The notes beneath the pieces are model-generated. The model did not search any database and was not told the DNA's origin. It saw nothing but the letters and a program-made list of their open reading frames with translations. This document shows positions 11,591 through 23,519 of a DNA stretch of 64,000 bases, piece by piece. The translations under genes were made by a program, and so were the position numbers. The stretch's first letter is position 1, and every line of letters begins with the position of its first letter. The stretch comes from Euprymna scolopes. Lineage: Eukaryota. The stretch lies in NCBI GenBank assembly GCA_053919585.1, contig CM132790.1; one strand, given 5' to 3'.

Positions 11591-13429
11591 TCATGATTAA
11601 AGAAGTTCTAACCGTGCACAACAAACGAGGGGCAAATGGTGCATCGACGGCCAAAACCTTAGCGTATGCGTCGATGCAAGCTTTATAGATATCGGCATGT
11701 CGTTGGTATATGGTGGGGCTGTGATAGAGAATACTTTATGGTTACACCTAGAAAAAGATTCCAAATATATTACTTTTGAGGAACTTAATGTCATTATTAA
11801 ATGGATATATATTTGGCAATCCTCCTTCAATTTTATCACTGATTCAACTCATGTATATAAATTGATCTGGAATATCCTTACATAAGCTAGAGTACGAATC
11901 AATACTACGATTGCGTTACTCTTTTGATCACGATAATTAAATTGGTGAAAAGATAATTGGTTGTCGTATAGATGTATCATAAGTTAAACAAGGTGGACCA
12001 ACCGATGAGAGTGCCTCAGAGGTGGCTTGATGCAATTAAGACAAATACTTCGATGAAATATTTTCATCATACAGTCGCCAAATTTTAGTGCAATATTTTC
12101 AGTTACCACTAGTGTACAAATGGATTTTAGACCTGTACCATCGTTAACACAGGTTTTCGTCGTCTGAAGGCAAAAGACTCGGACGCTGACGTTAGTTTAG
12201 AAGAAAAGTTTATTTGAAAAAAAAAAGAGAGCACCAGATAAAATATCAGCGCAACAATACACTTGCGTATGTCGATGTGTATTATAAATACAGACAGATA
12301 TATAGACATATAGACAAAAAACCAGATAGGCAGAAAGACTGTTTGTTAAGTTTCATCTAAGCACATTATATATGACTACCCCAATAGATTCTCACTGTAC
12401 AGCAAATTTAGCTTAGCTTCATTCAGGTGTCAGTCAGAATAGTCAATATATACCTCGGCCTAAAATCCAGCTACTTTCATTACTTTCCGCTTTGCGGTTT
12501 ATGCTGACCTTTAAGGTGTGACACTGTCTTCTATCTAAATAGACCCTTTGCTATCTTACAGTGAAAATTACACCAAATTCAAATAATACAAACTATCATC
12601 AAAAATATAAATGAAAGAATCCTTTCAAGGAAAACACAAGCGGAGGCGGATACATTAAACTCGCATAAAGTTAATGCAATTATGATTGAAATAAGAAAAG
12701 AAATACTGCATTATACTTGAAAGCAAAGAAACCGCACAAAGAACAAAAACATCGAACCTGCTTATAAAATTATACTACTTAATGCGGCTAATAAAAAGAA
12801 CGCAAAAGAAATGTGCTATCAAGGCGAAGAACGGAATCTTTCACAAGAAGATATACGCCGAGCTTACATTAAAAGCTTAACAATGCCATCCTGCTGTAGT
12901 TCAATCAATATGTGATTTTTAATATCAACGTAATATGTTTGGATATATATGTTTTAAACCTAAGCACATGGAAGCATTTATCCACTCTATTTTTATATAA
13001 TAAAATGAATAAAAGAGGCTTATGTGAATTACAAAACGAAAATATCCAAGTTTTAAAACAAATAAATAAACAAGATCAGTAGTCGATAGCTCGTGTTTGG
13101 TCACCGGGCATTAGATCCAATGAACATTGGAGTGAGTTATCCAATCATGTACAAATTTTGCTTCTTTTTATAATATTCCCCAGTACTAGGACATATACTT
13201 GCGTCTTTAAGGTATGGAATAACTCGGTGAGAATGAAATACGTAATCGTAAAAGAATGAACTAGAGAAAAATATAAGAAAGAATATAAGAAAGAGAAATA
13301 TAGAAAGAGAGAAGAGAGAGAGAGAGAGAGAGACCTAGAAATAAAAACAAAAATAAAATACCGAAATTTTTAATTGATTTTGACGTATGTTCATCCAATT
13401 TTAACCAATTACTTAATGTTTATGAGTGA

Positions 13430-14000
13430 CGTAACATTAAACACTTTTCACCAATCTGGAAACAGTATATGGGTGTTGATTACGAGACAGCATTGTCATT
13501 TAGAGTTTTCTAAGCTAGCTGCAAAATACTCACTAACATTGTTGAGTGCCTTACAAATTATCGCGATCTCCGATGAAGGTGCTTGTATGGTTTATGTTTA
13601 TGCTGGTCCATTCACAGGTGTTGTCTATCCATTTTCTTCTGTCTATTTGTCAACCAGTTTTCCCTGTATTATGCCTTTAACGTATATTTTGCATAGCCCT
13701 ACAGTGGAATTCTACACGTGGCCGAACAATTACAATATATTATATTTTGCATTGAAAGCCAGGTTTGATTTCAGAAGAGTTTCCGATGCGTAGCTTATCT
13801 GTATAAGTTCTGGAGATAAAAAGGGTTTGCCATATTGCTTACTGTAATTGACGTTTGCTTTTGCGTCAGACCTCAAACATGAGGACGACTTTGCGTCAAA
13901 GGTCAATAATCTGGTCTTATCAACTCGTTATATAACTACCCAGAAGTTTTGTTACCTGAACTTTCATTTTTGCTTGTTTCCGTCCCTCATTATTCAACAT
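13430..14000 (-). pseudogene. Highly eroded RTE-like reverse transcriptase remnant
   Basis: Minus-strand traces in the expected order: QILTL, KGIIQG (GVLQG motif), ENG, EIAII (region after YADD). Very degenerate. Confidence 0.35.
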
Positions 14001-14997
14001 CCATTCCTCACACATTTTACAAAAATGCTCATATTTTCTTTTTACTGCACCGATTATCCTCCATCATAGCCACATTTTCCCCGGTACAAGACAGAAAACA
14101 ATAACACAAAACAATAAAACATCTCTTATTGCCCTAATAATTGGGATAAAATACCATTTCAAAAGTTTGTGAAGCCCGAAATTTCTTTCTTTGTGTATTT
14201 AATATACCATTCGATTACTAGTCAAAATGTTTTCTTTTTAATACAAAAAATATCAAATGTGTAATAGAAAAATATAGGAGACCATAGTAAAGAAGAAAGG
14301 AATGCGATTAACAGTAGTTTTCAATTTCATGAGCACTTTTTTCTAAAACTTGTGTCACATGCTGGTAGACACGCCGACGCGTGGTCCTCTGTCTCATTTT
14401 TTAAAGCTGACATCGGGTAATTACGCTCAATAGTATCTTGTGTGCTTCTGCTCAAATTAGCTTCTCACCTATCCCAGCATTTTCCCTTTTCGTGTTCTGT
14501 TTTTAACTTTCCGTGCCTCTGTTACTCAACCTCTGTGATAACAGATTTAACATTAATAATTATAATAGAGATCAGTTTAAGCTTTTATTATGTGAAGAAT
14601 ACCAGGCAAATCCCGCTTATCCTGCTGGTTGGTGACTCAACTCTAAACAAGGAGAAAACAACTTCAGCTGAACTGATTTGAGTTTATAACAATATAATAC
14701 GAATAATGTTTTGTTAATGAAGCAATTTTTTTGGAGTTAAGCTTTAGTGACGATGGCCATCATTCACAGAACTCACCAGCGTGAGAAGATGGAAAATTAC
14801 CCACGGGGATGCTTGCGTAGGATTGTCAATTGACTAATCGGAACGAGTATGAGTGTGACGGGGCAATCTTTTGTTGACTGGAGTATACGTCCGATATCGT
14901 CTAAACCTACCTGTTACTTATCTATAAAATATCGTGCGCAAGCGAATTTTGACAGTAGAATTCCTGAGTAGATTTTGAACTGCAAGGCGATAAATAA

Positions 14998-15085
14998 TTC
15001 CCCGGGTTGGGAACATCAACTTCCCGGGTTGGGTTCATTAACTTCTCCGGGTTGGATACGTAAACTCCCCGGGTTGGGTACGTTA
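14998..15085. repeat. Four imperfect ~23-bp tandem units with core CCGGGTTGG
   Basis: Directly visible. Confidence 0.85.
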
Positions 15086-15752
15086 TGGTTGAGACGATCC
15101 TACTCAAATCTCGCTAAGCCTATTATGAAGCCACCCGACCAGCATAACTTTCAACGGTCTGTAGACGTCTCCGGAAAAAAGGAGAAATAGACTATACTTC
15201 ATAAGAGGGTAGAAGAAACGGTATTTTCCCACAAGAGAGGAAAGGACAGGCTGGCACGCTGCTGTTGATTTCAACGAGACTGTTATCCGATATTCAAAAC
15301 AGAAAGGTGTTTTTCTAACGGACTCTCAAACGTACGTGTTTTCATTCACGGTATATAAAAAAGGTATTACTTTAATGGACTATTAGACTGACGCCATTCG
15401 AATACATACCAAATCAATGTTTGTATCAGTGGCATTGTATATTGTACATATTTAAGAACTTTGTAATCATATAGTTCCTAACAACATAATCTTTTTATAA
15501 AACACGACCAGAGGATTTGATCGTTATTTTTTCTGTTGTTACTGCAACGTGCTTTAAATTACAGAAACCAAGACCAAGTCCGGGTGTGTGGTTCAGGTAT
15601 CTAATCTAGATCACAATGTTGGCGTGTGACACTTCCTTTGACTTGAAAATATCAATTTCTTTCGCCTGCTGGACTCTTCCTGCGGAGAGTGAAGTAACCA
15701 GAAGCAACTTACCCATCCATGTCCTCGTGCGGATTGAGCATGATCAAACTAT

Positions 15753-16083
15753 TGTAATGTATGAGCTGTTTGGGTGATCAGTGTAGCTGTTGGACTTTGT
15801 ATTTGATTTCAGATACACCTGGATTCGAACTCTTATACCGATGAAGACCCGTTATAGTCTTCGTTTGGTTATAATTGGTGCCGTGGGGCGCATGATTCTG
15901 ACTCTGGAGTATCCACCAACTTGCGGTTGAAGGTGAGGCCTTCTGATTTTCTTTTGATAGTGGTTGTCGTGTTTTGTTGATGGTGTAGGCTTTTGCTTTG
16001 AGTCGGTGACAGAGTAAAAGAAAGTAGTGGAAAAATAAAGACACAGAGAGATTGCAGAATTAAATAATTAACACTTTGGCGCC
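15753..16083 (+). mobile_element. Putative 5' LTR (15753-16073) and PBS of the env-bearing Gypsy element
   Basis: TGTAA...AATAAA (~16034)...TTAACA, then CTT-TGGCGCC (PBS-like), directly upstream of gag remnants. The LTR start is a best guess because no second LTR is present. Confidence 0.5.
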
Positions 16084-16369
16084 ATTAAACTGCCGATTAG
16101 CATGATAAATATCGTAAAATGAAATCAGGAGTCATATTTTAGGAAAAGAATACGTTAAAATTTAAAGTGGAATTTCTGTTATTAATTGAATAATTTTGAG
16201 AATAAGTGTCCCAGACCGAACCAAGAGTAAATTGATCGATAGCGAGGCAGAGAATAAGAAAAAAGCGAGCGAGTAGCATGTGTCTCACAGAATGGTTGGA
16301 TATAACCCAGGAATGGATAGAGGAAAAGGTGGAAGATGACCGTGGGTGACCAAAGGTGACAGAGGCTTA

Positions 16370-19020
16370 CAGAACCCTCCTCAGGAATTTGAGAATTCCC
16401 GAATTACGGGGAAACCAGAAAGAATTAGATAAATGGTTTTACGCTGTAATAAAAAAAGGTAATGTTCGGGCGGCAAAATGCAAGAGCTGATTTTGTTGAC
16501 ATATGAGGAGGCACAAGTACCAGTGGCACGGTTCATCGGGCGGAAATTCAAAGAAAATCTCAGGTTGTCTTGAAGGCAGCTGCGATCAGCATTGATGAAG
16601 GAATAGTCCAGCGAAAAGACTGCGATAGTTGCAGTTAGGGAGCCTATTGTAGCGAGCGGGAAGAGGTGATCACTAAACTGACGTGCGAATTTTGGGTCTG
16701 ACTATCAGAGCCTTTCCGGAAAATTAAATGAGAGAAAGTGGACCCATCAAAGTTCTGTTGGCTGATGTGCTTGGAGAGGCGTTAATCAGGGCATATGTCC
16801 TTCATGGTAATCTGGAGGAATTGGAGGAGGCCTTGGATTTGGCCTCAATCAGCGATCGTGTGTTATCAAGAATTTGAAGCAAACAATCTCGCAAGAATAT
16901 CGTAGAAGGTCACTAACGTACTAAAAGTCCCGACCGAGATCGGTCAACCGATCCCCACCCCGCAATCAAGCAGAACCGGTGTAGGATTGAGGAAGAGGTT
17001 TGTAACATCCGTAACAGCCCTCATAAACAGATCTCATGGCGATGAATCTGATGTGTCTTACTTGCCATACTGGTGGAAACCGAACTAAGGAGTGTCCTAC
17101 CCGACCGCAGCGGCAGGGGTCTAATTTGCCAGATTTGTAGAGAGTCTATGTACACGGCAAAACGGCGCACGGTAGGGGAAGACAGGGGGCGAGGCTATGA
17201 ACCAATAAATCGTAGGGTCCCGGACCACGTCCGAAAAATTAAGCCTTAAGGAAACGACAATAGGTAGCCTAAAGTATAAAGGGCAGGCAGCCGGAGTGAC
17301 CAAAAGATGCTTGCGTTGTGGGAATTTTGGCCAATCGGGTCATAGGCACAGGGCTTACCCGACAAAGTAGCGATGGCAAGGTGGAAGAAGGGGTCATTTG
17401 CGAATACAGTTTCTTTGTAGAGAGGTGACCCCATTGATAAAGAGATCGACAGAAGAAGAATTCCTGTTTTCGACCCCCGCTTATGGATGGGGGCGAAAGA
17501 GAAGACGAATGAAAGTCTGACACATTTAACAAATGGCCAGACTCTTACTTTCAGGTGATGGTGCGTATCGTCGCCTGACAGACAGCAGCCGGTTTCGATT
17601 GGTCGACCTACACTTGACCTAGACTGGAGGGTATGGCCCGCCTGCTCAATAAATTGGGCCGGATAGCCAGATATCTGAGGGTCTACGAAGCGATGGACCT
17701 ATGTTCAGAGCTAATACTGGAATGCAATTAACTTGGGGAGCAAAGACGAAACTTAGTTTTTACCCATTTGCCCTGATAGGATGGGGATTCCATTGGGAGG
17801 CCAACCCCCCCCCCCATCGGAAGCTCTCCTGTGATGACCCAGGAAGATGTAAAGATTACGTCCAGGACAGTGCTGTCCAGTAGATGAAGGATTACTGGGC
17901 GATGGGGTACAGATACTTATTGGTACCAGTTCAGAGCCTTGTTGGAAAAAGACGATGAGAGTCGAGAGGTGATGGTCAGCGATTCTGCGATGGACGGAAC
18001 TATGAGTTTTTCGTTACTATTAACAAATAATATATCTAAGGCCATCCGAAACAAAGGTGAAAGCAAGATCTGTTCGATTACCCTTTTGGAAGGCTATTTC
18101 ACGTAGGAATAATCAATTCCCACACCCTCAAGGAAAAGCCCTTCTAGAGTGACAGTGACTCGGAGGAGCCCAGGGTTATTATCGACCCTCATTGGGTCGA
18201 TGAAATCACCAAGGCCCAGCCGGACCAAGAATTGGTAAAAATAAAGGCCCTGGTTGATAGATGTCGGAGCCTGAAATACACCTTGTGTCAAGGCATCCTA
18301 CACTATATCTCAGGCAGAGATTGAGGTAAACTTGAAGATGGTTGTGCTTACGAAAAGAGAGATTTTGGAGAAGTCCTGTGAAAAACTGAGTCTGGACATG
18401 TTTGGTTCTTACCCGATGACAGAACGAAGTAACCAATAAAAAGTGAGCATCGCGGATTGGCTCACCAACTAGCAGGAAGTATATACTGTGCCGGACAAGA
18501 GGGTACAGATAGTACCAGGTTTGATTCTGAGAGAGATCTACCTTAGGTACGGGGCCCCAGAACAGCTGGTTACCGACTATGGCAGAGATAATTTAAATAA
18601 TATCATGTGTTACGCCTTACGAAGTTTTAGGTGCTGCAAGACATAACTTCCCCTTATCACTCTCATATAAATGTTAAAGGAGAAAGACATTGGCAGATAT
18701 TAAGGGCAAAATAGTCACGGAAAATCAGACTCGGTTGACGTGTTTCTGACGCAGGCCCTGGCTGCTGTGAAGTTTACAATTAATGAGAGTTCAGAGATTT
18801 CAATATTCCAGTTGGTATTTAGAAGGAACATATTCCTGCTCATTGATATCCTTACATATGTCTACAGTAAAAGAGAAACGCTCGGGTAAACTCGAACATG
18901 AAGGACGTCGTGACCAAAGTCGGAGATCTCATTTATTATAAGGTACAGGTCCGGGAAAGGAAGTTAAATAAATGATAAACCCCCTATTATCGGATCGTTG
19001 AGCAAACCGGCTTCTTTTGT
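16370..19020 (+). pseudogene. gag-pol: Degraded Gypsy gag and integrase
   Basis: Gag traces: LRIPELRGNQKELDKWF and knuckles CLTCHTGGNRTKECP and RCLRCGNFGQSGH. Integrase core: VSIADWLTN*QEVYTVPDKRVQIVPGLILREIYLRYGAPEQLVTDYG, then SPYHSHINVKGERH. GPY/F-like tail: KVGDLIYYK...KLNK**TPYYRIVEQTG. Confidence 0.75.
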
Positions 19021-19421
19021 GACCTGGGATCAGATTACTGAGATGATGAAGAGTTCATGTTAATGGCCTCAATCTTGCGAAGTTTGAGTTTGAGGTAGAG
19101 GCAACTCCGCGAAAGAAGGGGAGGAAGCAAAGGAAAGCGACCTTGGTTGAACCCTCTGAGAGGCAAACCTCTAAAGAGGAGGAAGAACCTAGCCAAGTTG
19201 ACCTGGAGGTGATGAAAGCCCTTAGGGGTAGAAAGGAGAAAAAGGCAACACCACGAGCCCAAAGCAGACTTAAACTGGGTATAATCTCCTGCTAGGGAAC
19301 ACCTCTGATAGGGAGCAAAACAGCTCGGGCTGGAAATTACTCTGAAAGCGGTTTGTGATAAAATCATAAGAATCGCTACGATTCTGATCATGCTTGGGAG
19401 AAAGAAGATGAAGTCTTATTT

Positions 19422-19592
19422 TCCCGATGACAGAACGAAGCAACCAATAAAATGTGAGCATTGCGGATTGGCTCACCAACTGACAGGAATTATATACTGG
19501 GCCGGACAAGAGGGTACAGATAGTACCAGATTTGATTCTGAGAGAGATCTACCCTAGGTACGGGGTCCCAGAACAGCTGGTTACTGACTATG
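19422..19592 (+). repeat. Internal duplication of the integrase segment 18410-18582
   Basis: About 170 bp of near-identical sequence (CCCGATGACAGAACGAAG...CAGCTGGTTAC(C/T)GACTATGG) at both positions. Confidence 0.92.
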
Positions 19593-20773
19593 GGACTGAG
19601 GGGAAGGCTAAGAGCTGAGACGACCAGCGAAGTGATAGTTACACAGAGGAACTGGTTGGTTACTCTAGTAAGTGACTTGGATTCTAGTGAGAAATTAATC
19701 CAAGAGTATAGAGAAGAAATTAATAGGTTCGATGAGGCTAGGCAGCAATTAACTAGCACTTATAAAGATATAGAGGAATATTCTCGAATATTAAACCCCT
19801 TAAAAGATGAGTTACGATCGTTAAGATGGTGATGGGCGAAGCAAAGTAATCATTTCGAGAAAGTTGAATTGGTCGGGAAACAAATCCAATGTGCATTAAT
19901 CCCTATAATAGCTCAATTCAGGTTAGTTGCCAAAAAGATATTGGGAGAATTAAACAACGAATAAATGATCTAGAAAAAGGCAAAGCCCAGATAAATAAGG
20001 AAAGAATCTTGATAGGAAATATTATGAGACAGAAAATAAGAAAGATCGAGAGATTATTGGTCAACACATATCTTGCGGGAAGAAGTTCAGAACGTCTCCA
20101 ATAAGATAGAGACGGAAATATTCAGAGAAGTATTTTTGCAGAAATACTTCCATATCCTAAATATGTTGAGCCGGTTGAGGCAGATTAGACAGTCATTAAC
20201 TATTTGGACTGAATATATAAAAGGCGCAGCTAGACGAACTAGCTTTGGGACATTTGTCTCCCAGTGTAGTAAGATCCGAACAATTACGAGAAGGGTAAGA
20301 GATCATAAGGCGGAAGCTGTCGTCTTGAACTGCCTTTGAGTCCAGAATGTAAACTCTTAGAGTATTACAAAAGCCTTGGAGGTTCTGCATATGACCTTAA
20401 ACTATATCCGATGGTGAGGCCCCAGCTTGCGGGCTTTAAGGCGTGTGGAGCCACCCTTTACTTGCCATTGCTCCCAGGTCCACCCTGACGGAGTGGTATT
20501 ACCTGTTAAGGTCCCGTGGGTTAAATAGAAACCGACGTGAAAAAAAATTCTATTTGAAAAAAAAATACTTCTATATCACTGGATTCGGCATTAAATAACC
20601 TGAAAAAGGTTGATATGCCGTAAAATAAAAACAGCCAACCAACCAACCAAAGCCTGGGATTTAGTGCACTGCTAGACAATAAGATACCAGTGTTTGTTTC
20701 TGTACCCCTCTGGGACTGGAGAATCGGATACGAAGTGTATCAGGTGATTACTTTACCTATACCCCTGCTCTAT
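19593..20773 (+). pseudogene. env: Envelope-like (baculovirus F/errantivirus env-type class I fusion) pseudogene, interrupted and 3'-truncated
   Basis: Ordered motifs after integrase: EVIVTQRNWLVTLVSDL; helical segment; QIQC|ALIPIIAQF; heptad KDIGRIKQRINDLEKG; QLDELALGHLSPSVVRSEQLR; LLEYYKSLG|FSALLDNKIPVFVSVPLWD...YEVYQVITLPIP. Confidence 0.7.
20381..20648 (+). mobile_element. 5'-truncated SINE (Nin-domain-like core) with an 11-bp TSD
   Basis: Core CCGATGGTGAGGCCCCAG...TTGCCATTGCTCCCAGGTCCAC...GGAGTGGTA..ACCTGTTA.GGTCCC and a (CAAC)n tail. TSD is AAAGCCTTGGA (20370-20380) / AAAGCCTGGGA (20649-20659). Confidence 0.75.
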
Positions 20774-21340
20774 TGTGTGATACATCGCACCCCTGGGGGA
20801 TTCATCTATACTTCGTCCCCGAGTTTGATGGTCCCTGTTGTCTCGGTCATCATGTTTGTCGGCTCAACCTTGGGATGTCTCCAGGAGTACGTGAATATCG
20901 ACAGGTGTGGAACTGTCTCTTGCACTTGTCCCGATCTAGGCGACGGATTGTACAAATAGACAGCTTGCTCGGGTGAGGTGGTATCCTTCTCTGTTACTGC
21001 CTTTATTGTCCGGTGGTTTCTGTCCACAATCTCGTTGTCACTGGCTCTATAGGTAGCTCTGAAGAATTGACGGATAATCCATTTCTTCATTACATCCGCA
21101 ACTATTACCGATCTAAATGCGATTCCGTTGTCGGATAGCAGCTCTTTCACCGGAGCTCGCTCCAGAGACACTATGTCGAAGACTGCCTCTATTTCACTAG
21201 ACTCTCCATAGGGCAAAGCGGCCGGGGCCGCAGTCGATCATTGTTATGTAAATCCCACCTCTTTAATGGTTGACAGCGACTGCCAATCTTTCACAGGTCC
21301 CAGTCACACTTAGTTCTCCAGCTTTGTGCGCGCTTGAAGG
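20773..21340 (-). pseudogene. pol: Gypsy integrase fragment
   Basis: YITMIDCGPGRFA, then ORF 20806..21216 ELLSDNGIAFRS...RATYRASDNEIVDRNHRTIK...IKLGDEV (rve D-D-E region). Confidence 0.85.
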
Positions 21341-21704
21341 TTGGGTTTCCCGTAATTGGATTACAATATTCAGAAGGTTGAAACGTAGACCTCTGATGTA
21401 GGAAAAGGAGACCATGTAGTGTAGTCTAAGTTGAAAGTTCTGGGTTTTATCTTGTTTTGATTATTGAGTTTATTTATAATATGAGTAGAGGGGTTGTGGG
21501 AGAGTTAAGCAGGGTTCTTTAGAGCAGGGCATTGTTGGGATAGACAGCTTATGTGAAAAATAATAAGTACAGAAGGAATAAATTTGAAGACCAATGAACA
21601 AGAAAACCATTGCAGTTCTCAGTAATATGACACCGAGAAGTTTCACCAGAAGTTACTGAATGTGTGAATTCTGTGGTTGTTTGTCGTTTTATAAAAACCA
21701 CAAA

Positions 21705-21805
21705 CAACCAAAGAATTCGCACATAAGCCTGAAAAATCCTAGAGTGAATGAAACGCGGAATATTCAGTGTAGCTTAATCGCCATATATATTTTATAACTT
21801 ACTAT
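21705..21805 (+). mobile_element. Solo copy of the Penelope pLTR hammerhead-like repeat seen at 36150-36468
   Basis: ATAAGCCTGAAAAATCCTAGAGTGAATGAAACGCGGAATATTCAGTGTAGCTTAATCGCCATATATATTTTATAA matches the 36.2-36.5 kb copies and also ends in (TA)n. Confidence 0.85.
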
Positions 21806-22520
21806 ATATATATATATAATACCCGTGACCTGCAGAATAGTGTGTACATAAATTATGCCAAAAACATGTGCGCCTGTGCGTACAACAATGGTCACCACTT
21901 TAACCATAAGAAATCGCATTACTTAATATTAGGAGAACTACTGATTTGCAAAAAAATTAAATGCGATATTCGTTTTCGGCATGCCAGAAAACGTAAACAA
22001 GTGGTAATTTTAAAGGAGAATATTCAGGTGGAAACTAAGTAAAAATTTACCAAAAATTTTCCACAACTTCTATATCTATATCTGCTTAAAAAGCTACATT
22101 ATATTAAGCGTTGATCATTCGTGCCTTATAATTTTTCTGAGGTCTCTTCCACCGAAAAGCTTTGTAAAAAAAAAGAAGTACGACTTAACAAAACCAGTTT
22201 GGCATAACTTTCTTATCACAAGTCAACGGTTATAAGTTTTGCTTTTTTTAATAGGCTAAAATATCTATTGTTTGCATCATCTTCAAATAATAATAAACAT
22301 TTGCAATTAATTTTAAAGTCTTTAAACTTCCAACTATGAAATGTAATACAATAAAAAAAATGGTAAATAACTTAAGTAAATTCGTAGAACAGTAACTGCT
22401 ATTGCCTTTGGTTACATTTACTTATACGGTTTTTGTTATTTTATCTTAAGAAATATTATGTTGATAATTAAGTATATTATGTTTATCAACACAGTTTCAA
22501 CGACTAGGCAAGCTGATCTG

Positions 22521-22607
<87 letters not shown>

Positions 22608-22611
<4 letters not shown>

Positions 22612-22915
22612 ATCCACATACAGTACTGTTTCGCTCATCAGTGCGGCTAAACAGGCAACTGCCTCAAGCCAGGATCGAAACCTCAAGGCTTCTCACCAGT
22701 ACGCTATACGGCTGATGCTGAGTGAGTACTGAATTAACGATTTTTTGACATCGTCCAAATGCCTCCGCTCGATTTGTTTACACAAAGAGCGTCGCTTAAT
22801 ACGCTAATAGCAATTTGCATATCACTTCCCAATATGCTCAACCCAAGATAGGGAGCATTATAGTCATCGACATACATTACTGTTTCGCTGTTTCACAGCT
22901 CAACATTGTAGTCTA
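22608..22915 (-). ncRNA. Retrozyme-like unit: two type I hammerhead motifs 254 nt apart
   Basis: Copy 1 (22646-22614): CCGCA-CTGATGA-GC-GAAA-CAGTACTG-TA-TGTGG. Copy 2 (~22910-22868): ATGTTGA-GCTGT-GAA-ACAGC-GAAA-CAGTAATG-TA-TGTCG. Pol III A/B-like boxes lie between them. Confidence 0.7.
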
Positions 22916-23519
22916 CATTGCATAGTGCAGAATCGACTATTGATTTTATAAAAATAATATCTGTAAAAAATAGTTTCACTTAAAGTTTAAAATGCAAAAA
23001 TCAATCATTAGGGTTCAATTGTGAACTGAAACGAAACATTCATTTACAAACACACCTCTGTCTCATAAAAGAATCTATAGTTGACTTTGTACGCAGGGCC
23101 TTTCTGCTTGTACTGTGATAAATCTTCTTAAATAGACTTGTGATATTTGGCTGTATTAAGGTGTCAACTTTAGAAAAATTCGAACTTTCTTCTTTAATCG
23201 AATTTTTCTATTATCGATTTTTTATCCTTATCGGAGACATTCTGATACAAAACATCCGAAAGAACATTCCTAGATATATAATGGATATTCGAGGAGTTAT
23301 CAAAGTGTAACACGCATTTTTAGATCGTCTGACTTATACAAACATTTATTTACAATCAGTTTAAGTTGTATTTTGGTTCAAAACATATTTTGTACGTTTT
23401 CCTTGGACAGTCTAATTAGGAAATTACTGGTATAGTGAATAACGTGTAAACATTAATTTTATGGTTATAATTATTGACTAAAAATTATAATCCTTTTCTA
23501 AACAACACTTTTGCGTTTC

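Noticed and set aside
12134-12523. Possible solo LTR (TGT...ACA)
   Set aside because: No TSD, PBS or second copy.
15281-15631. Possible solo LTR with TATA-like and polyA-like motifs
   Set aside because: The flanks do not form a TSD and there is no partner copy.
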